DNA of 64,000 nucleotides from an uncultured Chloroflexia bacterium (GTDB lineage Bacteria > Chloroflexota > Limnocylindria > QHBO01), in NCBI GenBank assembly GCA_963827475.1, contig CAWHAZ010000007.1, positions 1 through 64,000 of the forward strand, given 5' to 3'. Positions within the stretch are counted from its first letter, which is position 1. Every line of letters starts with the position of its first letter. Positions 25,740 to 36,979 of the stretch are shown piece by piece. The notes beneath the pieces are model-generated. The model was not told where the DNA came from. It saw only the letters and a list, made by a program, of their open reading frames with translations, and made no database searches. Made by a program: the position numbers and the translations under genes.

Positions 25740-27284
25740 GTGACGACCACCGCCCAGCCTCCGCAGGCCGCCTCGGCTGCGCGCTCCGAACTGCCCCGAG
25801 TCAACCACTGGATCGGGGGCAGGAGGGTGGCCGGGACGAGCGGCCGCCAGGGCCCGGTCTATAACCCGGCGACGGGCGAGGTCGCGCGCGAGGTCGACTT
25901 CGCATCGGTCGAGGAGGTTGATGCCGCCGTCAAGGCGGCGCACGACGCCTTCCCCGCGTGGCGGGCGACCTCTCTCAGCAGGCGGACCGAGATCATGTTC
26001 CGGATCCGGAACCTGGTCGACCAGCACCGGGCCGACATCGCCGCTCACCTCACCGCGGAGCACGGCAAGGTCCCGTCCGACGCCCTGGGCGAGGTCGCCC
26101 GCGGCCTGGAGAACCTGGAGTTCGCGACTGGCATCCCCCAGCTGATGAAGGGCTCGTTCAGCGAGCAGGCCTCGACCGGGATCGACGTCTACCAGATTCG
26201 CCAGCCGCTGGGCGTGGCGGCGGGGATCACCCCGTTCAACTTCCCGGCCATGGTCCCGATGTGGATGTTCGCCAACGCCATCGCCTGCGGAAACACCTTC
26301 ATCCTCAAGCCGTCGGAGAAGGACCCGTCCGCATCGGTCTACCTCGCGGAGCTGCTGGCGGAAGCGGGAGTGCCGGACGGCGTGTTCAACGTGGTCCACG
26401 GCGACAAGGTGGCGGTCGACCGCATCCTCGAGCACCCCGACATCGCATCGGTCAGTTTCGTGGGCTCCACGCCGGTCGCGCGCTACATCTACGAGAACGG
26501 GACGAAGGCCGGCAAGCGGGTCCAGGCCCTCGGTGGCGCCAAGAACCACATGATCGTGCTGCCGGACGCCGATATCGACATGGCGGCCGATGCCGCGGTC
26601 TCCGCCGCGTACGGCTCGGCCGGCGAGCGTTGCATGGCCATCAGCGTGGTCGTGGCGGTGGGGGACGTGGGCGAGCCACTGGTGGAGGCCATCAAGGAGC
26701 GGCTGCCGAAGATCAAGGTCGGCCCGGGCAGCGACCCCGACGCGGAGATGGGCCCGCTCATCACCCGCGAGCACCGGGACAAGGTCGCTTCCTTCCTCGA
26801 CAGCGGACCCCACCAGGGCGCGGACCTGGTCGTCGACGGCCGCGAGCACCCGCTGTACCAGGATGGGCAGGGCTTCTTCCTCGGCGTGTCGCTGCTGGAC
26901 AAGGTCAAGCCACACATGGACTGCTACCAGAACGAGATCTTCGGCCCCGTGCTGGAGGTCGTCCGCGCGGACAGCTACGCCGATGCGGTCGACATCATCC
27001 ACGACAACCCCTACGCCAACGGGACGGCGATCTTCACCCGTGACGGCGGGGCGGCGCGGCAATTCCAGTTCGACATCGGCGTCGGGATGGTGGGCATCAA
27101 CGTCCCGATCCCGGTCCCGGTGGCGTACTACTCGTTCGGCGGCTGGAAGAGCTCGCTGTTCGGGGACCTGCACATGTACGGGCCGGAAGGCATCCAGTTC
27201 TTCACCCGGGCCAAGGTGGTCACCGCTCGCTGGCCAGACCCGGGCACCAGCAAGGTCGATCTCGGCTTCCCGCGCACCCGCTAG
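25740..27284 (+). CDS. mmsA: CoA-acylating methylmalonate-semialdehyde dehydrogenase
   Basis: ITPFNFP, KPSEKDP, FVGST, GGAKNH, GSAGERCMA, EIFGP, GINVPIPVP. Confidence 0.93.
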   Translation: MTTTAQPPQAASAARSELPRVNHWIGGRRVAGTSGRQGPVYNPATGEVAREVDFASVEEVDAAVKAAHDAFPAWRATSLSRRTEIMFRIRNLVDQHRADIAAHLTAEHGKVPSDALGEVARGLENLEFATGIPQLMKGSFSEQASTGIDVYQIRQPLGVAAGITPFNFPAMVPMWMFANAIACGNTFILKPSEKDPSASVYLAELLAEAGVPDGVFNVVHGDKVAVDRILEHPDIASVSFVGSTPVARYIYENGTKAGKRVQALGGAKNHMIVLPDADIDMAADAAVSAAYGSAGERCMAISVVVAVGDVGEPLVEAIKERLPKIKVGPGSDPDAEMGPLITREHRDKVASFLDSGPHQGADLVVDGREHPLYQDGQGFFLGVSLLDKVKPHMDCYQNEIFGPVLEVVRADSYADAVDIIHDNPYANGTAIFTRDGGAARQFQFDIGVGMVGINVPIPVPVAYYSFGGWKSSLFGDLHMYGPEGIQFFTRAKVVTARWPDPGTSKVDLGFPRTR

Positions 27285-27322
27285 CCTGCTCCGCTGACCC
27301 GAGCACCCGCTAGCATCCGGGG

Positions 27323-28501
27323 GTGACCGACCGGGGCCAGCGCCGATTCGAGACGCTCACCGTCCACGCCGGCTTCGACTCGGACCCGACGACCGGTGCC
27401 GTGGTGCCGGGGATCGAGCTGGCGGCCACCTTCGAGCAGGACGCGGTCGGCCAGCCGCGGAACGGGTACGAGTACTCGCGGACCGGCAACCCAACCCGCG
27501 TGGTGCTCGAGCGGGCGGTGGCCGAGCTCGAGGGCGGGACCCACGGCGTCGCCTTTGCCAGCGGCCTGGCGGCCACCCAGAACCTGCTCTACCTCCTCGA
27601 GCCGGGGCAGCGGATCCTGCTCGCCGACGACGTGTACGGCGGGACGTGGCGGCTGGCCCAGAAGGTATGGGCCCGCTACGGCGTGCACGTGGACGTCGCC
27701 GACCTGCGCGACCTCGATGCGCTGGCCTTCGCCCTGACCGACCAGACCGGCATCATCTGGCTCGAGAGCCCGACCAACCCGCTGATGAAGGTCGTCGACA
27801 TCCGGGCCGTGGCCCGGGTAGCCGCCACCATCGGCGCGCTGACCGTGGTCGACAACACGTTCGCCACGCCCTACCTCCAGCGGCCGCTCGACTTCGGGGC
27901 CGATGTCGTCCTTCACTCGGCGACGAAATACCTGGGCGGCCACTCGGACGTGGTCAGTGGCGTGGTCGTCACCCGCAGCGACGAGGTCGCCGAGAAGCTT
28001 CGCTTCCACCAGAACGCCGCCGGGGCGGTCCCCAGCCCGTTCGACTGCTGGCTCGTCCTGCGCGGCCTGCGGACGCTCGCCATCCGCATGGACCGTGCCT
28101 GCGCCAACGCCGCGATCCTGGCCGACTGGCTGGCGACACGACCCGAGGTCAGCGCGGTGCACTATCCCGGCCTGGCCAACCATCCGCAGGAGGACCTGAT
28201 CCGTCGCCAGATGCGCCTTCCCGGGGCGATGGTTTCGTTCCAGGTCCGCGGCGGCGGCCCGGTCGCCAACGCGGTGGCCAACGCCACGCGCGTCTTCACC
28301 CTGGCCGAGTCGCTCGGCGCGGTCGAGTCGCTGATCGAGGTGCCGGCGGTCATGACCCACGCCTCGGTGGCCGGGTCACCGCTGGAGGTCCCGCCCGACC
28401 TCATTCGCCTGTCGGTGGGGATCGAGGCGGTCGAGGACCTGGTCGCCGACCTGGAGCAGGCACTGGCCGCCGGCGCGGCGGTCCCGAAGGCAGCCGACTG
28501 A
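27323..28501 (+). CDS. Cystathionine gamma-lyase/synthase
   Basis: YSRTGNPT, FASGLAA, ESPTNP, DNTF, HSATKYLGGHSD, AESLG, RLSVGIE. Confidence 0.9.
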   Translation: MTDRGQRRFETLTVHAGFDSDPTTGAVVPGIELAATFEQDAVGQPRNGYEYSRTGNPTRVVLERAVAELEGGTHGVAFASGLAATQNLLYLLEPGQRILLADDVYGGTWRLAQKVWARYGVHVDVADLRDLDALAFALTDQTGIIWLESPTNPLMKVVDIRAVARVAATIGALTVVDNTFATPYLQRPLDFGADVVLHSATKYLGGHSDVVSGVVVTRSDEVAEKLRFHQNAAGAVPSPFDCWLVLRGLRTLAIRMDRACANAAILADWLATRPEVSAVHYPGLANHPQEDLIRRQMRLPGAMVSFQVRGGGPVANAVANATRVFTLAESLGAVESLIEVPAVMTHASVAGSPLEVPPDLIRLSVGIEAVEDLVADLEQALAAGAAVPKAAD

Positions 28502-28504
28502 CCG

Positions 28505-29041
28505 ATGGGCACCGAGCCCGAGCCGCCGGAAACCAATCCCGACCCGAACCCCGAGGGCCCGACCGAGCTGGTAGAGACCGATTCCGGCGAGCTGGTCGAA
28601 CGACTGTCGGCGGGCACCGCCACCCTGCTCCTGGTCTGGCTGGTCATGATCGGGGCCGGCACGGCTCTCCTCGGAGCGTGGGTCGTCGCCGCGCTCGTCC
28701 TCGGGGAGCGGCTCGGCGTCGAGCAGCTCATCAGCGACTTCGGGTTCTACGTCGCCCTCTACGGCGCGATCGGTCCGACCACCCTGTGGCTGACGGGACG
28801 TGCCCAGGGCCACGGCGCCCGCTGGTTCATCTGGACCGCGGCCCGCATCGGTCTGTTCATGTCCGTGCTGACCATCATCTTCGGCGCCTCGGCGACGATG
28901 ATGCTGGGCCGCGGCCTCGGTCCCGGGGCGCTGATCCTCGGCGTCGCCGTCCTGGTCACGACCCTGGTGATCAGCGTCGCGTGGGGCCTCGCCACCTGGG
29001 CCGCTGACCGCTGGATCGCGCAGGCGAGGGTCTCCCCCTAG
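28505..29041 (+). CDS. Hypothetical membrane protein
   Basis: Acidic Pro-rich N-terminus then about 4 TM helices; 3 nt after the upstream stop. Confidence 0.6.
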   Translation: MGTEPEPPETNPDPNPEGPTELVETDSGELVERLSAGTATLLLVWLVMIGAGTALLGAWVVAALVLGERLGVEQLISDFGFYVALYGAIGPTTLWLTGRAQGHGARWFIWTAARIGLFMSVLTIIFGASATMMLGRGLGPGALILGVAVLVTTLVISVAWGLATWAADRWIAQARVSP

Positions 29042-29048
29042 AGGCTGC

Positions 29049-29496
29049 CTAGAGGCGCAGCGGCTTCGTGGACGCCAGCACGGCGGTGGGGTCGTCCCGC
29101 CAGATCTCGGGCTGGACGTCGATGTACAGCTCGATCTCGTTGCCGTCCGGGTCGGCGATGTAGAGGCTGTGGGTGACCCCGTGGTCGGTCATCCCGATGA
29201 TCGGGACGTCTTCGCGCCGGAGCGTCTCGAGCGCCTCGCGCAGCTCGTCATCGGTTTCGCCGACCTTGAGCCCGAAGTGGTACAGCCCGAGCCGCCGACC
29301 GGCGGGGACCGATGCCGCGGTGTCTCCGACCTCGATCAGCAGCAGCTCATGGTGGGTCCGCCCCGACGAGAAGAGGGCGGCCATGCCGCCCATCTCCGCG
29401 ATCTCCTTCCAACCGAGGACCTCCCCGTAGAACCGCCGCGAACGTTCGCAGGTTGCGAACGTACAGGACGATGTGTCCCAGCTCCTTGACTTCCAT
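29049..29496 (-). CDS. VOC/glyoxalase family protein (frameshifted)
   Basis: LGHIVLYV, HHELLL, GLYHFG, YIADPDGNEIELY. Confidence 0.85.
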
Positions 29497-29498
29497 GG

Positions 29499-30281
29499 TC
29501 AGACCTCCCAGACCTTGAGCGTGTCGGCCACCTCCACCGGCCCCTCGTAGGTGGTGGCGGCCTGGGTCACGGCCCACGCCCCGCCGTCCGAGTTCACCGG
29601 CAGGTGGGTCAGCACCATTCGGCCCACGCCGCCGCGCTGGGCGACCTCGCCCGCCTCCTCGGGGACGAGGTGCCCCCGCCGCTCGGGCGGCGGCGCGTCA
29701 TCGGTCACCTTGCGCAGGGCTGACTCGCAGATGAACAGGTCCGCGCGGTCGGCGAGGATGTCGAGGTTCGGCGTCGGCGAGGAGTCGGCCGAGTAGGCGA
29801 TCGTCCGTCCGCCGTTTTCGCCGGTGCCCTTGGCTTCCATCCGAAATCCCCAGGTCGGGACGAAGTGGACGGTGGGCGTGGGCTCGAAGCGCATGTTGCG
29901 GACGTCCAGCGGCGACACCCCGTCGTGCTCCTCGAACACGAACGAGCGGGCGAAGTAATCCGGCAACCCGGCGCCCAGGGCGACGTGCTCCATCTGCTCG
30001 GTGGCGCCCGGCGGGAGGTAGACCTTCAGCTTGGGATTCGCCTCGTCCTTCCAGGGAAACGAGTAGCGGAGGGTCACCAGGTCGAGGAAGTGGTCGGTGT
30101 GCATGTGGCTGATCACGATCGCGTCCAGCTCGTACGGGTTGCACAGGCGCAGGAGCTGGGCGACGGTCCCCGGACCGATGTCGACCATGACCCGGGTTCC
30201 GCCACCCTCGACCAGGTAGCCGGCGCAGGCCTCGCCCGGGTTCGGGACGGCGGGCGAGCGCCCGAGGACGGTGAAGCGCAC
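29499..30281 (-). CDS. MBL-fold metallohydrolase (Rv1339/YhfI-like)
   Basis: [30 protein letters not shown]. Confidence 0.82.
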   Translation of the reverse strand: MRFTVLGRSPAVPNPGEACAGYLVEGGGTRVMVDIGPGTVAQLLRLCNPYELDAIVISHMHTDHFLDLVTLRYSFPWKDEANPKLKVYLPPGATEQMEHVALGAGLPDYFARSFVFEEHDGVSPLDVRNMRFEPTPTVHFVPTWGFRMEAKGTGENGGRTIAYSADSSPTPNLDILADRADLFICESALRKVTDDAPPPERRGHLVPEEAGEVAQRGGVGRMVLTHLPVNSDGGAWAVTQAATTYEGPVEVADTLKVWEV

Positions 30282-30304
30282 GGCGGGCGGTCGGCGTCCG
30301 GGTG

Positions 30305-31672
<1,368 letters not shown>

Positions 31673-31676
<4 letters not shown>

Positions 31677-32665
31677 GCGACCAGCGCTCCGACCGCGTCC
31701 CGCTCCTCGACCAGCTCGGCCAGGGTGGCGGCCATCCGCTCCGCGGCCCACGGCTCGTGGCTGATGCCCTGCACGATCTCGATGGTGCCAGGTTCGGTCC
31801 CGCGCAGCGGATAGCCGAACACGATTCCGGCCGGCACCCCGTAGCCCGCGTCTTCGCCCGGGGAGGGCACGGCGGCGGAGAAGATCTGGCCGGTGGGGGC
31901 GGCCACGTTGCGGACGGTCTCGATCACCGCGTTGGCGGCGGAGGCCGCGGACGACAGGCCGCGGGCGGCGATGATCGCCGCGCCCCGCTGCTGGACGGTG
32001 GTGATGAAGTCGCCCTGCAGCCACGCGTCGTCGTCGATGACCTCGGCCGCGGCCCGCCCGCCGATCGTGGCGTGGTACGCATCGGGGAACTGGGTCGAGG
32101 AGTGGTTGCCCCAGATCACGAGGTCGCGCACCTGGGCCACGGTGACCCCGGCCCGTCGGGCGAGCAGGGCCCGACCCCGCGTTTCGTCGAGCATGGTCAT
32201 CGCGAACCATCGGTCCCGCGGGATGTCCGGCGCCGACCGGGAGGCGATCAGGCAGTTCGTGTTGCAGGGATTGCCCACGACCAGGACCCGGACGTCGTCG
32301 GCGGCATTGGCCGCGATCGATCGGCCCTGGGCCCCGAAGATCCCGGCGTTGATCTCGAGCAGGTCCTTGCGCTCCATCCCCGCCTTGCGCGGCACCGCGC
32401 CGACCAGCAACGCCCAGTTCGCGCCGCGGAATGCCTCGTCCGCGTTCGAGGTGGTGACGATGCCGCGCAGGAGCGGGAAGGCGCAGTCCTCGAGCTCCAT
32501 GGCCACGCCCTCAAGGGAGGGAAGCGCCGCCTCGAGCTCCAGGAGGCGCAGCTCGACCGAGGTCGACGGTCCGAACATCTGGCCCGACGCGATGCGGAAC
32601 ACGAGCGCGTAGCCGATCTGGCCGGCAGCGCCGGTCACGGCCACGGTCACGTGCTGGTCGGGCAT
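31673..32665 (-). CDS. mdh: Malate dehydrogenase
   Basis: [45 protein letters not shown]. Confidence 0.96.
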
Positions 32666-32699
32666 CAGACCTCCTTGCGAGGCCCGAGTGTAGACCGTT

Positions 32700-32990
32700 T
32701 CAGACCTCGGTCTTGTACCCGTACCTGCGCTTGTTTCCCTGCCATGCGCTGCCACCCCACGACAGGGCGTCGGCCAGGACTCCGAGACCGATGAGGATCC
32801 ACTCGGTGCCCTCGATCGCCGGACCGACCAGGACGTACATCACCAGCGTCCACGGCAGGAAGAGGAAGCCGAGGAGCGGGAGCAGGATGCCGCCCGGGAA
32901 CATCTCGTTCCAGCGGACCTGGTCGGCCAGGTACCACACGATCGAGACCAGGCGAGGTCCGCCGAACAGCAGGACGATGAGCAGACACAT
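32700..32990 (-). CDS. Small membrane protein (paralog B)
   Basis: [17 protein letters not shown] and AD motifs; GGAGG upstream. Confidence 0.7.
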   Translation of the reverse strand: MCLLIVLLFGGPRLVSIVWYLADQVRWNEMFPGGILLPLLGFLFLPWTLVMYVLVGPAIEGTEWILIGLGVLADALSWGGSAWQGNKRRYGYKTEV

Positions 32991-33014
32991 GGACGGAGAC
33001 CTCCAGGTGGGGGC

Positions 33015-33308
33015 TTACGGCGGCGTGCCGTAGCCGGGAAGACGGTCGCGCTGCTGCCAGCCGCCGCCGAACAGCGAGCCGATGTCGGCCACCACGGCCA
33101 GGACCATGGCGATCACGTCAATGGTGTCGAGGCCCTGCGGGAAGACGAGGACGTACATCAGCGTCGTCCATGGCAGGAACAGGAAGCCGAGGATGGGCAG
33201 GATCGCGTTATCGAACGTCGCCGCCCAGCGGACCTGTTCCGCCAGCCACCAGATGATGATGGCCGCGCGGGGCCCGAACAGGAACAGGCACCCAACGGCT
33301 AGGCACAT
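33015..33308 (-). CDS. Small membrane protein (paralog A)
   Basis: Clear paralog of 32700..32990 ([20 protein letters not shown]). Confidence 0.7.
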   Translation of the reverse strand: MCLAVGCLFLFGPRAAIIIWWLAEQVRWAATFDNAILPILGFLFLPWTTLMYVLVFPQGLDTIDVIAMVLAVVADIGSLFGGGWQQRDRLPGYGTPP

Positions 33309-33407
33309 ATCGGATCAACCCACATGGCGCTGCCCATAATGCGGCCTGACGTGGCGCCGGGCAATGGGGATTCGGTGTGGACAATTGTCAACGGTCGGCC
33401 CCAAAGT

Positions 33408-33539
33408 CGGGGATAAGCCGGTTGCGCTGGGCGGCCGATTCTCGGTACCTTGTTGGAGTCCCGAAGGGGCAGCCACCGATGCCGATGAGTCACATCAGCG
33501 GCCCGGGGGCGGTCACTTCGGGACCTTTCGTTGTCCCCG
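33408..33539. other. Intergenic nested inverted-repeat element (candidate structured RNA or DnaA-box cluster)
   Basis: CGGGGATAA (33408-16) pairs with TTGTCCCCG (33531-39); GTCCCGAAG (33458-66) is the reverse complement of CTTCGGGAC (33516-24). Confidence 0.35.
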
Positions 33540-34214
33540 TCAGTCGTCGCCGGAGGCCGCTCCCGAGGCCGGCGGAAACGTCCCGAACTGGCGGTCGCCG
33601 GCATCCCCCAGGCCGGGCATGATGTAGCCCCGCTCGTTCAGCTGGCGGTCCACCGCCCCGACGTGGATCTCGACATCCGGATGGGCCGCGGTCAGGGTGG
33701 CGATGCCCTCCGGGGCGGCGATGAGCGACACCTGCTTGATCCGGATCGCGCCCCAGGCCTTGAGGAGATCGACCGTCGCCGCACTCGAGCCGCCGGTGGC
33801 GAGCATCGGGTCGAGGATCAGGCACGCCTGGACCGTCGCCGCGTCCGGCAGCTTGTTGTAGTACTCGACCGGCTTCAGGGTTCGCTCGTCGCGGTACAGG
33901 CCGATGTGCCACACCTCGGCCATCGGCATCAGCTCGAGCATGGCCTCGACCATGCCCAGGCCCGCGCGCAGGACCGGCACCAGGCCGACCTTGGTCGCCA
34001 GGCGGGTGCCGTCCATCGGTTCGATCGGCGTCTCCAGCCGATAGGCCTCCGTGTCGAGGTCGGCCATCGCCTCGTAGCCGAGCAGCCACGACAGCTCGCG
34101 GACGAGCTCACGGAACTTCTTGGGCTCCGTCGTGCGGTCACGCAGCAGCGACAGCTTGTGCGCGACCAGCGGATGAGTCGATGGATGGACGTTCGGCGGC
34201 ATGGCCTCGGGCAT
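33540..34214 (-). CDS. upp: Uracil phosphoribosyltransferase
   Basis: [43 protein letters not shown]. Confidence 0.96.
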   Translation of the reverse strand: MPEAMPPNVHPSTHPLVAHKLSLLRDRTTEPKKFRELVRELSWLLGYEAMADLDTEAYRLETPIEPMDGTRLATKVGLVPVLRAGLGMVEAMLELMPMAEVWHIGLYRDERTLKPVEYYNKLPDAATVQACLILDPMLATGGSSAATVDLLKAWGAIRIKQVSLIAAPEGIATLTAAHPDVEIHVGAVDRQLNERGYIMPGLGDAGDRQFGTFPPASGAASGDD

Positions 34215-34343
34215 CGGTCGCGATTCTATCGGCCGCCGGGTCGCGGACTTCCGCTCATTGGCACGGGCTGATAGGCTATCGGTCCCAAGTTGACATCGCG
34301 TGCGCGCGTCTCGCGTGCCCGCCGCCGCACGAGAGGTGTGCAT

Positions 34344-35018
34344 ATGGTTTTTGGGAAGCGGGGCGACGCCCCCCAGGAGGAGCTCATCGGCACCCTGTAC
34401 TCCGAGACGCCGAACGAGCCCGCTCCGACCAACTCCGGTTCGCCACCGGCGCCGGGCTCCGCCGAGCATCGCCGGGAACCCACCGAGGGCATCCTGGACT
34501 CGCACGCGCGCTTCAACGGCAAGTTCGTCAGCGACCGCGACCTGCGGATCGACGGCGAGGCGCAGGGCGAGATCGAGTGCCAGGGCACGCTCGTGCTGAG
34601 CCCGCAGGCTCGCGTCCGCGCCAGCATCAAGGCGCACAACGTGGTGATCAACGGGGACTACGAGGGCAACGTGGACTCCGGCGGCCGATTCGAGATCGGA
34701 TCCACCGGGCGCGTGAAAGGCGAGGTCAAGACCCAGGTGCTGGTCATCAAGGAAGGCGCCTTCTTCGAGGGCACCGTGGCGATGACCCGCAAGCCGACCA
34801 CTGAGGGAGGCGCAGCCGGGCCACCGACCGCATCGAGCACCGAGTCGAGCTCAGGCTCGTCGGCCAAGGCAAGCGGCGGATCGTCCGCCGCTTCCGCCAA
34901 GGCCGCCGCCGCGGCTGCGGTGGACAGCGGCATCTTCTCCAGCGAGGTGATCGCCGAGCCGACACCTGCCGCCGCCGGCAGCAGCCGGCAGCCCACCGGT
35001 CCCGGCGACGCCGACTGA
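34344..35018 (+). CDS. Bactofilin (polymer-forming cytoskeletal protein)
   Basis: LRIDG...GEI, VVING...[19 protein letters not shown] repeats; GAGG upstream. Confidence 0.85.
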   Translation: MVFGKRGDAPQEELIGTLYSETPNEPAPTNSGSPPAPGSAEHRREPTEGILDSHARFNGKFVSDRDLRIDGEAQGEIECQGTLVLSPQARVRASIKAHNVVINGDYEGNVDSGGRFEIGSTGRVKGEVKTQVLVIKEGAFFEGTVAMTRKPTTEGGAAGPPTASSTESSSGSSAKASGGSSAASAKAAAAAAVDSGIFSSEVIAEPTPAAAGSSRQPTGPGDAD

Positions 35019-36076
35019 CCAGCCTGGCGCCCCGCCCCTGATCGTCGAGGTCACGCGGGGAGACCGGGTCGAGTCCCGGCACCGCGGGACCATCGCCGTC
35101 ACCGACGTCGACGGCCACCTCGTCGCCCATCTCGGAGATCCCGACGAGGTCGCCTTCCTCCGCTCGTCGGCCAAGCCCTTCCAGCTGGCGCCGTTCGTCG
35201 CGTCCGGGCACTTCGACGCGTACGACTTCCCCGATCCGGTCCAGATGCTGGCGGTCATGGCCGCCTCGCACGCCGGGGAGGACCGCCACGTCCGCCTGGT
35301 CCAGGCCGCGTTGCGCACGGGCGGGCTCACGCGGGACGCGCTTGCAGTGCGGAACCCACACCCCGTTCGACGCCGAGACGGCCCAGCGGCTGGCGCGAGA
35401 CGGGGAGCCGCCGAACGAGCTGCGCCACAACTGCTCCGGCAAGCACGCGGCGATGGTCCTCCACGCCAAGGCTGCCGGCTGGGACATCGACGACTACCGG
35501 CAGCCCGACCATCCATGCCAGCAGCTCGCCCTCGAGACGGTCGCGGCGGTCTCCGGCATCCGCAAGGGCCGGATCGGCACCGCGACCGATGGCTGCGGGG
35601 TCGTCAGCTTTGCGCTTCCCCTGCATGCCATCGCCCGGGCATTCGCCCGCCTGGCGGACCCGTCCGGACTGACCGATGTGCCCCTTCGCGGCGCGCTTAC
35701 CCGGATCCGCGACGCGATGCTCGCCTACCCGGAGCTGATCTCCGGCGAACGGCGCCAGTTCGACACCGACCTCATGCGCGCCGCACCCGGGCGGCTGGTG
35801 GCCAAGGGCGGAGCGGAGGGCCTGCGGTCGGTCGGTGCCCTGTCGGGGGCTGTGGCCGATGGCGGCGCGCTCGGGGTGGCGGTGAAGGTCGAGGACGGGG
35901 ATGCCGCCCGTCGCGCGGGGCCGGCCGCGACCTGTGAAGCGCTCCGCCAGGCCGGGGTCCTCGGCGAGGTGGAGCTCAGTCAGCTGGAGGCCTATGCCGC
36001 GGCGCCGGTCCGGGACCTGTCCCGTGGTGATGTCGTGGGGGAGGTTCGGGCCGCCTTCACGCTGGAGCGGCCCTAG
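35015..36076 (+). CDS. L-asparaginase II (Rhizobium etli type; frameshifted, start uncertain)
   Basis: VTRG..VES.HRG, RSSAKPFQ, ASHAGE, HNCSGKH, DGCG, AKGGAEG, KVEDG. Confidence 0.88.
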
Positions 36077-36831
36077 CCCAGCCAGCCGCGAACGAGCTCG
36101 GCGACCCGGACGAAGATCGGGGCCAGGACCAGCGCCGGCAGGAAGTTCGCCAACCGAACCGGCTTCAGGTCGAGAAGGCGGAACGCCACTCCCAGGAGGA
36201 TGATCCCGCCGGTGGCGGTGATGGCGAGAATGGTCACCTCGTCGAGGAGCGGCTCGAGGAGGGAGGCGAAGGCCGCGATCCCGCCCTGGATGACGAAGAT
36301 GGTGATGGCCGACAGGCCCACGCCCCACCCCAGCGCCGCGGCGAAGGCGATGGCCGCCACGCCGTCGAGCAGCGACTTGATGGCCAGCAGCTGCGCGTCG
36401 CCGGTCAGCCCGTTCTGCAGCGAGCCGAGGATGGTGAGTGGCCCGACGCAGAACACCAGGCTGGCGGTGACGAACCCCTCGGCCACACTCGACCCGGATC
36501 TCGGCTCCCCCTCGACGGCCTCCCCCCGGCCGCCCAGCCGCTCCTGGAACCAGGCGCCGAGCGCCTCGAGCCCGTCCTGCAGCCGCAGGAACTCCCCGAT
36601 GGCCACCCCCGCGAGGATCGCGGCCAGGACCGCCAGCTCGTCACCCGGCTGAGCCAGCGGGTCGGTGAAGATGCGCAGTCCGAGCGAGATCGAGATCAGG
36701 ATGGTGAAGAAGCCGAGCCCGGTAACCAGGCTCTCCTGCATCTTCTCCGGCATCCGACGGCCAATGAGCAGGCCGATCCCGGTGCCCAGCAGAACGGTGA
36801 TGACGTTCAGGATCGTGCCGCTCAGGAACAC
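36073..36831 (-). CDS. DUF554 family membrane protein
   Basis: GTILN, GFVTASLVFCVG, ILGSLQNG, KSLLDG, IQG, NFLPAL. Confidence 0.88.
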   Translation of the reverse strand: MFLSGTILNVITVLLGTGIGLLIGRRMPEKMQESLVTGLGFFTILISISLGLRIFTDPLAQPGDELAVLAAILAGVAIGEFLRLQDGLEALGAWFQERLGGRGEAVEGEPRSGSSVAEGFVTASLVFCVGPLTILGSLQNGLTGDAQLLAIKSLLDGVAAIAFAAALGWGVGLSAITIFVIQGGIAAFASLLEPLLDEVTILAITATGGIILLGVAFRLLDLKPVRLANFLPALVLAPIFVRVAELVRGWLG

Positions 36832-36979
36832 CGCCGTATTGTGGATGGTGGCGAGCGTCGTGCTCGTCCTGTGCGAGGCTATGCCTGACCCCTGAGCCCG
36901 GTGCCGCGGTCGACTCTCACGGAGCCACGTAACTGCGCACGGGGTCCGTCCGGGATCGGGCGGTACCATCGCGATACCG

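Noticed and set aside
33480-33535. Hammerhead ribozyme or SRP RNA in the upp spacer
   Set aside because: Only CCGAUGAG/CUGAUGU near-matches in the wrong order; no SRP helix-8 motif.
36955-36975. T-box riboswitch upstream of gltX (GGGCGGTACC)
   Set aside because: Lacks the UGGNACC bulge and recognisable stem I motifs; TACCAT is better explained as a -10 box.
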